Positions 45,758-54,038 of a stretch of DNA of 54,425 nucleotides are shown here, one piece after another. Source of the stretch: Flavobacteriales bacterium (lineage in GTDB: Bacteria > Bacteroidota > Bacteroidia > Flavobacteriales_D > UBA2798). Under the pieces are notes generated by a model that was not told the origin of the DNA, did not search any database, and worked only from the letters and a program-made list of their open reading frames with translations. Location: assembly GCA_044360245.1 (NCBI GenBank), contig JBIKKU010000001.1, positions 1-54,425 of the forward strand. Reading direction: 5' to 3'. Every line of letters begins with the position of its first letter. The stretch's first letter is position 1. Position numbers and translations under genes: made by a program.

Positions 45758-47638
45758 TCAGCGAATAACGATGGTTTGTGTAATGCGGTGTTGGTTCTGT
45801 TCCAGGGTTAAAAAATAAATTCCCGGTGCATATCCCGAAACATTTATAGAAAACGTTGAAGCGGAAAAAAAGTTTTGATCAATGCTTCTTCCTGTATAAT
45901 CGTAAATGGTCCACTGACCTGAGTTGCCAAGATTGGTGCTCACCATCAGCTGATCTGACGCGGGATTGGGAAATACTTTTAAAGAAAGTTCATCAACACT
46001 TCCTACTCCACCAATAAAATCTTGCAATTGCAATTCAACATAAGATGCATTTACCGAAGAATGATAAACTGTGTTGTTTGCCACGAGTGTATCTCCCGCT
46101 GTATACATTACTCCACCGTTGCTGAGGTTAAGATCGTAACGCGGATAATTGGCTGAGGATATATCCAAACGAATGCGGTGACCGGTCAAAAAAGTGATAC
46201 AACTGGTTTGCATTTCGATATCGACTTCATACAAAGTTCCGGGAACCATGGATGCAGTATCGCCGGTAGCGTAGCCATCACGAAAACGCATGCGACGAAT
46301 TCCATCTCCTAACAACATAGATCTTCCATCGGGATAAACATCGTTTAAACGAATCGCAAAATCGGTATCGGTGCGGTCGGATGAAACCCATAAATGGACT
46401 TTTACTTTTCCTTTCATCACCACATCCTGACCCAATACCGGTGTCTCAAAAATCAAAAGATCACTTCGCGATTCAACCGAGTCGGTTTGGTCGTAAGGAC
46501 CCTGCAACAAATCTTGACGCAAAGTAGCACCACCGTATGTTGGAGAAGGATTATGCGGATCGAAAACAAAGGAACTGTTTCCGGAAGTATTTTGTGGCAA
46601 ACCGGAAATTAAGGAATGATCGTTTTGCAAATAAAGCCTTAAAGCACTCACATCCGATGGAGGCCAAACTGCAGTTGTGTTCCAATTGTTTTCACCCATT
46701 TGGAAATAGGTGATGTAACTTGTAGCATCAATGCCATTGTTTTGTCCAAGCAAATAATGATCGAAAAATAATAATGCGAGAGAGTCCGACCAACCTTCTG
46801 CCTCGGGATAAAACAAATCACCTTGATTCGCATCGCCCACATGCGCAGTACCATTTCCGCCATGCGCCCATGGTCCCATTATCAATCGGTGTTTATCGCG
46901 CACGGCTATAGGAGAAGTGGATCGCAATGCCAAAAAGTGATCGATCATTCCATCCGGACCATGATCATACCATCCGCCAATCATCATCATGGGCGTATTG
47001 ATTTCATCAGCGAATTGCGAATTGTTTTCTGCAAACAACCATGTGATGTTGTAAAATGGATTTGCGAGCAATCCTGCAGACAATCCGTATCCTAAAGCAT
47101 CCAATTGCTCTACATATTCTGTTCTGTAAACGCCTCCGGGGAAATAATCCTGATACATAAATTCCGGACTTGCCACCAATGGAACCGCACACACATGTGC
47201 AGGATGTTGTTCGCGTGCTGTTTCGAACTGTATTTTACCCAATGCTGAAGGACCCCAGGTTCCAACCAATCCGTTACTCCATGTTTGATTGACGATCCAT
47301 TCAATGCAATCGTAACCATCCTCTCCACGGTTAGGACTTGCCACGGCAGCACTTGAAGAACCGTAAAATCCTCTCCAATCCACTACCACAAAAATATAAT
47401 CTGAACTATTGAGGTTTTGTCCGATTCCCATTGGTAATCCAAATCGGAAAGGCAATCGACCATAAGGCGTTTGAACTAAAATTGTGGGACAAGAACTACA
47501 ACCTGCAGGAATATAAACATCCGCAGCAAGTTTTTTTCCGTCGCGCATAGGAATCGAATCCACTACCGGATTCAGCACTGCCATAGCCTTACCATAACAA
47601 GAAAGGCAGAGAATAAGCATGAAAAGAAAACGCTTCAT
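45758..47638 (-). CDS. CocE/NonD-family (S15 X-Pro dipeptidyl-peptidase-like) hydrolase with type A T9SS C-terminal sorting domain
   Basis: Signal peptide MKRFLFMLILCLSCYGKAMA from ATG 47638. Nucleophile context GTWGPSALG (compare the GxSYxG of CocE). C-terminal LKVFPNPASDQLMV...GIYFLTLEQNQHRITQTIVIR. Its stop is 1 nt before the M1 start. Confidence 0.85.
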   Translation of the reverse strand: MKRFLFMLILCLSCYGKAMAVLNPVVDSIPMRDGKKLAADVYIPAGCSSCPTILVQTPYGRLPFRFGLPMGIGQNLNSSDYIFVVVDWRGFYGSSSAAVASPNRGEDGYDCIEWIVNQTWSNGLVGTWGPSALGKIQFETAREQHPAHVCAVPLVASPEFMYQDYFPGGVYRTEYVEQLDALGYGLSAGLLANPFYNITWLFAENNSQFADEINTPMMMIGGWYDHGPDGMIDHFLALRSTSPIAVRDKHRLIMGPWAHGGNGTAHVGDANQGDLFYPEAEGWSDSLALLFFDHYLLGQNNGIDATSYITYFQMGENNWNTTAVWPPSDVSALRLYLQNDHSLISGLPQNTSGNSSFVFDPHNPSPTYGGATLRQDLLQGPYDQTDSVESRSDLLIFETPVLGQDVVMKGKVKVHLWVSSDRTDTDFAIRLNDVYPDGRSMLLGDGIRRMRFRDGYATGDTASMVPGTLYEVDIEMQTSCITFLTGHRIRLDISSANYPRYDLNLSNGGVMYTAGDTLVANNTVYHSSVNASYVELQLQDFIGGVGSVDELSLKVFPNPASDQLMVSTNLGNSGQWTIYDYTGRSIDQNFFSASTFSINVSGYAPGIYFLTLEQNQHRITQTIVIR

Positions 47639-47641
47639 TCT

Positions 47642-47649
47642 CAAATTTA
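47642..47649 (-). promoter_or_regulatory. candidate -7 promoter box (TAAATTTG) for the CocE-M1 peptidase operon
   Basis: Perfect TAnnTTTG on the minus strand, ending 3 nt before ATG 47638. Confidence 0.4.
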
Positions 47650-47694
47650 ACGAATTCAATGGCTATTTCCTGCCGATAGCGCGTATTCGGCGAC

Positions 47695-47809
47695 CGTTTC
47701 CTCATTGCAGATTTGTGCATCAAGAGGTTTGGCCGGGAAAACTTAGGGAAAGGACAAAATCAGGAATCCAACATTTTACCCAAATCCTTTTCACGTTCGT
47801 TTCCTCATT
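47695..47809. repeat. 12-nt exact direct repeat CGTTTCCTCATT (47695..47706 and 47798..47809) in a divergent intergenic region
   Basis: Both copies read directly from the sequence, 103 nt apart, inside the 234-nt gap between ATG 47638 (-) and ATG 47873 (+). Confidence 0.8.
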
Positions 47810-47872
47810 CTCCTTAAATTTACTGACAAGCGGCTAAAATCAGCTGCACTTTGTTTCTTAAATAGCAATCCT

Positions 47873-49411
47873 ATGAAACCAAGCACGGAACTCTTTGATC
47901 TCATCAAATCGCTTACCAAATCGGAGAAGCGTTTCTTCAAACTGAGCTCTTCTTTGCAGGAGGGTGAGAAAAACTACCTGAAGATTTTTGATGCCATCGA
48001 CAAGCAGGATAGTTATGACGAGGAAGAAATCAAGTTTCTTTTCAAAAACGAAACTTTCATCAAGCATTTACCCTCCGAAAAAAATCACCTTTATAAATTA
48101 ATCCTGAAGAGTCTTCGTTCTTACCATGCGGATCATTCGGTGAGTTCTATTCTTCGACAGGAAATCAAAAACATTGAAATTCTTTTCAAAAAAGGCTTAT
48201 ACCGCGAAGCACATAAATTCCTGCAACGCGCAAAAAAACTCGCCAAAGAACACGAAAAATTCTACTATCAGTTCGAATTGATCAACCTCGAAAAACAACT
48301 TTTGGAAGAAGATTATGAATCGGGCGAATTTGACAAAGACTTAAACGAATTGGTCGCCGAAGAACAAGAGACCATTGAAAAATTACGCAACCTTGCCGAA
48401 TACCACATCATCTATTCTAAAATCAATTACGTATTCAGACGCGAAGGATTTGCGCACAATGAAGAGGAAAAACTGATCGTAAGCGAAATTGAAAATTACC
48501 ACCTCATCAAAGGCAAAAACACTGCATTATCTGCCCGCGCTTCAACCATCTGCTACTACATCAAGGGACTTTGCGCAACAACGAACCGCCAGTATCAGGA
48601 CGCCTTTACCTTCTTTTTGAAAACCAAAGAAATCTTTGACCGCACGCCACACATCCGCAGCGATCTTGCCAAGCGGTATGTAAAAACATTGACCAACTTA
48701 CTGTATTGTTACATCGATTCAAAAAACTTCGATGCAGCGTTTGATATGATCCAACAAATCAATGAGCTTCGCGACAAAGATGGATTTGACACTTTGGAGA
48801 TGGAAGTCAAAATCTTCACGTCAACACACATTGCTCAATTGATGTTGCACAACAAAATGGGCGAATTCCAAAAAGCTGTGCGCTTATCCAAAGACATCAT
48901 CGTTGGTATGGACAAATACGGAGAACGCATCAACAAAGAACAACAACTGCTTTTCTCCTACAACATTGCCTATGCACATTTCGGATTTGGTGAATACAAA
49001 GAATCATTGCAATGGATCAATTCCGTGCTTAACGATCCGGATCAAACCTTGCGCAGAGATATATACAATTTTGCACGCATTTTCAATCTCATCATTCACC
49101 TTGAATTAGGCAACAACGATTTGTTGGAATACACCATTAAATCGACCATTCGTTACCTCAATAAAAAGGAGAAAGATTATCTGGCAGAAGGAGTTATGAT
49201 GAAATACCTCAAAAAACTCATTCGCGTAAATATGGAGTTCGATCGCAAAGAGGTTTACGAAAGCATGCGCGAAGAGCTTGTAAAACTTTTTGAAAACCCC
49301 GTTGAACGTGTGGTATTGGATTACGTTGACATCCTCGCCTGGCTTGACGGTAAAATAAAAGGACATTCGTTTAGTGATGCCGTAAAAAAACGAAATCTGA
49401 TTCCTGCTTAA
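47873..49411 (+). CDS. conserved hypothetical cytoplasmic protein, predicted all-helical (TPR-like)
   Basis: 512-aa ORF with normal composition and no signal peptide. It is K/E/L-rich with helix-like periodicity. I recognise no catalytic motif. Confidence 0.75.
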   Translation: MKPSTELFDLIKSLTKSEKRFFKLSSSLQEGEKNYLKIFDAIDKQDSYDEEEIKFLFKNETFIKHLPSEKNHLYKLILKSLRSYHADHSVSSILRQEIKNIEILFKKGLYREAHKFLQRAKKLAKEHEKFYYQFELINLEKQLLEEDYESGEFDKDLNELVAEEQETIEKLRNLAEYHIIYSKINYVFRREGFAHNEEEKLIVSEIENYHLIKGKNTALSARASTICYYIKGLCATTNRQYQDAFTFFLKTKEIFDRTPHIRSDLAKRYVKTLTNLLYCYIDSKNFDAAFDMIQQINELRDKDGFDTLEMEVKIFTSTHIAQLMLHNKMGEFQKAVRLSKDIIVGMDKYGERINKEQQLLFSYNIAYAHFGFGEYKESLQWINSVLNDPDQTLRRDIYNFARIFNLIIHLELGNNDLLEYTIKSTIRYLNKKEKDYLAEGVMMKYLKKLIRVNMEFDRKEVYESMREELVKLFENPVERVVLDYVDILAWLDGKIKGHSFSDAVKKRNLIPA

Positions 49412-49875
49412 GGCTGTTTTTCGTACACGATAAAGACTTCACCGGGAGCTGATAATTCAACTGCTTGTTTGGAATACAAGTAAACATGCAGATGATTAAA
49501 ATCTTTGCGCACATAAACCAATCGTGCCGGAAAATTATTCTCGGAATTTTCGAATACCAGACTGTCTTTATAAGGATCTCCTTTTAAAGCAAAAGCAACC
49601 GATTCCTTATCATTTTCAACCTCAACCACATAATTCCACACTCCGGAACGTTCTTCCATTTTCATTTTCTCGCGTGAAAGTGTATCTCCACCTCTTGCGA
49701 AAAAACCGGTTCCAATGATGTGACCCTCTTCATTCAACTCCCATGATTCTCCAAATTCACCAACATCCGGAATGGCATTGGTTTGTTTCCATTTGCCACT
49801 CAAAAACTGAAAAGGATGTTCCTTTCCGCATGACACAAAAATCAGGGCAAAGAAAATCCATGCAATCTTTTTCAT
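49408..49875 (-). CDS. small lipoprotein, function unknown
   Basis: MKKIAWIFFALIFVSC lipobox. 155 aa. The start is 1 nt after the rlmB stop. Confidence 0.7.
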   Translation of the reverse strand: MKKIAWIFFALIFVSCGKEHPFQFLSGKWKQTNAIPDVGEFGESWELNEEGHIIGTGFFARGGDTLSREKMKMEERSGVWNYVVEVENDKESVAFALKGDPYKDSLVFENSENNFPARLVYVRKDFNHLHVYLYSKQAVELSAPGEVFIVYEKQP

Positions 49876-49876
49876 C

Positions 49877-50641
49877 CTAGTTAGATTTTAGAATACGTTG
49901 TCGCGTTGCTTCATACAATATCATTCCGGTAGCAACAGAAACGTTAAGTGATTCAATATTTCCGAGCATTGGTATGCGCACTTTGTGTTTGCTCAGCTTC
50001 AAATACTCCCCCGAAATCCCATCTTCTTCAGAGCCCATAATTATGCAGCAGGGAGTAGTCATGTCAATGGCATCAAGATTTTTTTCGGTTTTTTCGGTAC
50101 AAGCAACGATTTCCAAACCGCTATCGTTGAGGAAATGTAAAGTCTTTTTTAAATTATCTTCCCTACAAACAGGAATACGATGCAAAGCACCTGCAGATGT
50201 TTTTACTGCATCACTGGTAACCTGCGCACCACCTCTGGATGGAATGATGATGGCATCAACACCCATACATTCAGCTGTTCTGGCGATGGCTCCAAAATTT
50301 CTTACATCGGTTACGCGATCCAACATCAACAACAAAGGCACTTTTCCTTTTTCAAATACACCGGGCAATAGGGTCTCAATGCTCGAATAGGTAACAGGCG
50401 AAGTAAATCCAATTACCCCTTGGTGATTCTTTCGTGTAAGCCGATCGAGTTTTTCTTTTGGAACGAACTGCAAAGGAATTTCAAGTCCACGCAATTCATT
50501 CCGCAACTCCGAAAACAATTCGTTGTTCAATCCTTTCTGCACCAAAATTTTATTGATTTCTTTTTCTGCACGAATCGCTTCAATCACGGCTCTGGTACCA
50601 AAAATCAAATCTTCAATTTCTTTGTCTTTACGGAATTCCAT
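49877..50641 (-). CDS. rlmB: 23S rRNA (guanosine-2'-O)-methyltransferase, SpoU/TrmH family
   Basis: N-terminal SpoU_sub_bind-like region, then C-terminal GSEEDGIS and IPMLGNIESLNVSVATG motifs. ATG 50641 overlaps the upstream TGA by 1 nt. Confidence 0.9.
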   Translation of the reverse strand: MEFRKDKEIEDLIFGTRAVIEAIRAEKEINKILVQKGLNNELFSELRNELRGLEIPLQFVPKEKLDRLTRKNHQGVIGFTSPVTYSSIETLLPGVFEKGKVPLLLMLDRVTDVRNFGAIARTAECMGVDAIIIPSRGGAQVTSDAVKTSAGALHRIPVCREDNLKKTLHFLNDSGLEIVACTEKTEKNLDAIDMTTPCCIIMGSEEDGISGEYLKLSKHKVRIPMLGNIESLNVSVATGMILYEATRQRILKSN

Positions 50642-51891
50642 CAATTGGTAAAATTATAAACACGACCCGATCTCCAATAATCAAGCGCGCGGTACCATTC
50701 GCTTTTGAACTGAGGCAAGCGCTGCAAATAGTAATCGTTTTCGGAAAACGGCGTGTTGGATTTTATAAAATTAAAACGCATGCTGGTTGCACTGTAAATA
50801 TCTCCATACACCCAGGTGTCGTATTCGGCATTGTTTTCGACACGGGTAGGCGGACCAAAAATCACAAAGACCATTCCACGATCAGTTTTCCATCCTTCGA
50901 GGTAACTGGAAAAGCGGCGATTTGCTTCCTGAACACGCATGTAAAAATATTTGATGACTTCTCTTGCTTTATCTTTTCCGCCAACATGTTCCAACCAAAA
51001 AGCATCCAGAGCACGCTTTTTATCAATCGCTTGACTTAACAAAGTCATTTCGTTTGCAGTACAAATCAAACCTAGCGGTTCAATCAATACATCTGCAGAA
51101 GCTACCAATGGAAAATATTGAGGAACACGGACGATGGTCATACCTGACTTGGTAGACGTATCTTGTACCACGTGCAAAAATCCTTTTTGAGGCAGTTGCA
51201 ATAAAGCTGATCCGTTTTCATCCAATCGGATTTCATACAAAGAATCGGCTTTGTAGTTCAAGGGTAAGTACTTTACATTTTCGTGTGGTGCCGGTGGAAT
51301 GCCAAAATTTTGCTTGTACACTCGGACCTGAACAATCTTTCCGGCATTAACGGTAGAATACAAACGAACTTTCGGTTGTGTCACGTAATTGCCTACTATA
51401 ACAGAGCCCGCGGAATCAACGTTTTTCAAAAGGAAATTCTGTTTTGAGAAGCCATTGCTTTTGTCAATATCGATGATCATGTCCAGATGAGCATTTCGCT
51501 TCTTATCCGAAAAAGTAATTCGCAAAAAACCCTTTTGACCGCGCTTACATGCAAAAGGAACATTCCCTGAAATCACTTTAATTTTTTGCTGATTGTTTAC
51601 ATCAGAATAATCTACCGAGCCACTATCCAGAAGCTGCTTGTTAAAATCAAAAAACTTATACTGGATTTTTATTACTGCAATATTATCATCGGAATTGGCG
51701 TTCGTGCGATTGTACAGCAATTCTCTGGAAGAAACAGAAAAATAAAGATCTGAACGCTCTTCGTTGACATGAAAAACATGAAACATCGGCGTACTGGTCA
51801 GTACTTTTCTGCCTTCATATTTTCCAACTGTGCGTTGAGCCATTCCGGCGTACGCTGTGAAAAGAAAAACGAAGACCAAAAGCGTTCTCAT
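50641..51891 (-). CDS. GWxTD domain-containing protein
   Basis: Signal peptide MRTLLVFVFLFTAYAGMAQ, and a C-terminal EGWKTDRGMVFVIFGPP, which is the GWxTD signature. Confidence 0.85.
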   Translation of the reverse strand: MRTLLVFVFLFTAYAGMAQRTVGKYEGRKVLTSTPMFHVFHVNEERSDLYFSVSSRELLYNRTNANSDDNIAVIKIQYKFFDFNKQLLDSGSVDYSDVNNQQKIKVISGNVPFACKRGQKGFLRITFSDKKRNAHLDMIIDIDKSNGFSKQNFLLKNVDSAGSVIVGNYVTQPKVRLYSTVNAGKIVQVRVYKQNFGIPPAPHENVKYLPLNYKADSLYEIRLDENGSALLQLPQKGFLHVVQDTSTKSGMTIVRVPQYFPLVASADVLIEPLGLICTANEMTLLSQAIDKKRALDAFWLEHVGGKDKAREVIKYFYMRVQEANRRFSSYLEGWKTDRGMVFVIFGPPTRVENNAEYDTWVYGDIYSATSMRFNFIKSNTPFSENDYYLQRLPQFKSEWYRALDYWRSGRVYNFTN

Positions 51892-51902
51892 ACTGCAAGA
51901 TA

Positions 51903-51930
51903 CAAAAAGCCCCGCTTTAAAGGCGGGGCT
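51903..51930 (-). terminator. rho-independent terminator downstream of the PorE-like gene
   Basis: agccccgc (51908..51915) / gcggggct (51923..51930) stem with loop tttaaag. On the minus strand it is followed by UUUUUGU. Confidence 0.65.
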
Positions 51931-51935
51931 CTGTT

Positions 51936-54026
51936 TTATTTACTGAGGATCTTGAATTCCGTTCTGCGGTTTTGCTGATGTGCTTCTTCGCGTTCGGCTT
52001 TGGTTTTCATTTTGAGAATATCGGCTTCCGGGATTTGAGGCTGGCTTTCGCCATAACCTTTGTATTCCAAACGTCCGGCTGCAATTCCGGCTTTAATCAA
52101 ATAATCCACCACCGCTTTGGCACGCGCTTCGGACAGTTTTTGATTGTATGCGGCATCACCTTGCGTGTCGGTGTGACCGGAAATTTCGATGCGAAGTGTC
52201 GGATTTTCATTCAATAACTTGATCAATCGCTCCAACTCATTTCGTGAAGCGTCACGCAATGTTGCTTTATCGAGATCGAAGAAAATATTACGCAACACAA
52301 TGGTCTGACCAACTTCTACTTTTTTCAAATCGATGTTCTTTTCATACTCACGGTAACCGGATGCTTTGGGAATATCCACGTTTTCGGAATGGAACAGGTA
52401 ACCATCGGCTTTTACCGAAATTCCATAGTTCTTTCCGGCAGGAAGCGATACAAGATAGTTTCCGGATTTGGAATCGGAGGAAAGTGTTGTAACCAATTCG
52501 TTTTTCTCATTGTCGATGAGTTCAATTTTTGCCTCAACAGGTTGAAGTGTTCTGGCATCACGAATTAACCCTTTCAAAATAGCGAGGTTAACCGTTTTCA
52601 CCTCCACTTTTGGCTCTATGGTAATTTCCTTCACAGGATTTGCCAGGGAAGCCATCAAGTTGTCTTCGGTGCTGGTGAGGGGTTGTTTTTCGGGACCGAG
52701 GAAGGTGATGCGGTACAAATCTTTTTCTCCATATCCATCACTTCTGAATGAAGAATAATAACCATAACGTCCGCTACCGGATACCACAAAGAACACGTCG
52801 TTATCGGGCGAATTCACCGGCCAACCAATGTTTTTAGGCGTTTCCCAGGTTCCGTCTTCCTTACGTTTGGTAACGAAAATATCAAAGCCACCCATGGTTT
52901 CATGTCCTTCTGAAGAGAAATACATCGTCTCTCCATCAGGATGCAGGAAGATTCCTTTTTCACGGTACTTGGTATTGATAGTGGGACCGAGGTTAGCGGC
53001 CTTACCCCATTCTTTTTTCTTATCGTCCCAGCGGCTTACCCAAATATCTTCTTCGCCTAATCCACCCGGACGAATGGCATCAAAGAACAATTCTTTTCCA
53101 TCGTAAGAAATGGATGCGGAAGACTCGTAATAATCTTTGGAGCTCACTGTGTTGTCGAGTTTTTTGGGCTCACCGTATTCACCATCTTTCAAATTCGATT
53201 GGTAAATGTCTCCACCTTTATCTCCATAAAAAATAAACAGAATTTTTCCATCGGGCGATAAACCTGCAGGTGCGTCATGGGTTTTGGTATTGATTTTCGG
53301 CCCGAGGTTTACCGACTTTTCCCATTCTCCTGTTTCAGGATTTCTCTTGGCCATGTATACATCTTCGAAATACATGTTATCGCCAAGGTCTTTTCCTCCG
53401 CCTTGGGTATCGTTTCTACGCGAAGTAAAAATAATCACACCTTCATCGGCAGAAATGAATGGACTGTATTCAGGAAATTCGGTGTTTACATTTTTACCAA
53501 GATTATCAATCCATACACGCTCAGGTTGTGCCTGAAGTTTTTTTCCGGTATTGCATTCGGAAATCTTTTTCGTGATGAAGGCCATGGTGTCGGCATTTTT
53601 CGGATCAAGCACTTTGCGGTAGAATTCGTAATGCTTGATGGCATTGTCCCACTCGGCTTTGATATGATAACCGCGCGCAATCCACAGATTGATATCGAGA
53701 GCTACGTTCGGATTCAAATCGTAGGCCTTTTTGAAATAGTCGATGGCCTTAAATTTAAATGCCGACTGATACACACAAATCCCCAATAAATAATTCACTC
53801 TGGAATTGTTCGGGTTAAATTCCTGCGCCTTTTCCAATTGAGCTTCAGCCTCCTCAAATCGACCTTCTCTAAGAAGATTTTCACCTTCTTCAAAGGCTTT
53901 TTTGGCTGCCTTGAGCTCATCTTTTTTATCCTTGAAAAATTCTTTTTCGAATGGAATATCCTTTTGCTGCGCAACGACATTAAGCGCAAAGAAGGACAAT
54001 AGACAAAGTGTAATTAGCTTTTTCAT
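51936..54026 (-). CDS. PorE-like multidomain OmpA-family protein (TPR / PD40 beta-propeller / carboxypeptidase-regulatory-like / OmpA_C)
   Basis: Signal peptide, N-terminal TPR, PD40-type repeats (YSPFISADEGVIIF, LSPDGKILFIF, ISYDGKELFF, LHPDGETMYF), a CRD-like segment (LKGLIRDARTLQPVEAKIELID...), and OmpA_C (ISGHTDTQGDAAYNQKLSEARAKAV). Confidence 0.88.
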   Translation of the reverse strand: MKKLITLCLLSFFALNVVAQQKDIPFEKEFFKDKKDELKAAKKAFEEGENLLREGRFEEAEAQLEKAQEFNPNNSRVNYLLGICVYQSAFKFKAIDYFKKAYDLNPNVALDINLWIARGYHIKAEWDNAIKHYEFYRKVLDPKNADTMAFITKKISECNTGKKLQAQPERVWIDNLGKNVNTEFPEYSPFISADEGVIIFTSRRNDTQGGGKDLGDNMYFEDVYMAKRNPETGEWEKSVNLGPKINTKTHDAPAGLSPDGKILFIFYGDKGGDIYQSNLKDGEYGEPKKLDNTVSSKDYYESSASISYDGKELFFDAIRPGGLGEEDIWVSRWDDKKKEWGKAANLGPTINTKYREKGIFLHPDGETMYFSSEGHETMGGFDIFVTKRKEDGTWETPKNIGWPVNSPDNDVFFVVSGSGRYGYYSSFRSDGYGEKDLYRITFLGPEKQPLTSTEDNLMASLANPVKEITIEPKVEVKTVNLAILKGLIRDARTLQPVEAKIELIDNEKNELVTTLSSDSKSGNYLVSLPAGKNYGISVKADGYLFHSENVDIPKASGYREYEKNIDLKKVEVGQTIVLRNIFFDLDKATLRDASRNELERLIKLLNENPTLRIEISGHTDTQGDAAYNQKLSEARAKAVVDYLIKAGIAAGRLEYKGYGESQPQIPEADILKMKTKAEREEAHQQNRRTEFKILSK

Positions 54027-54038
54027 ATTCGTTCCTCC

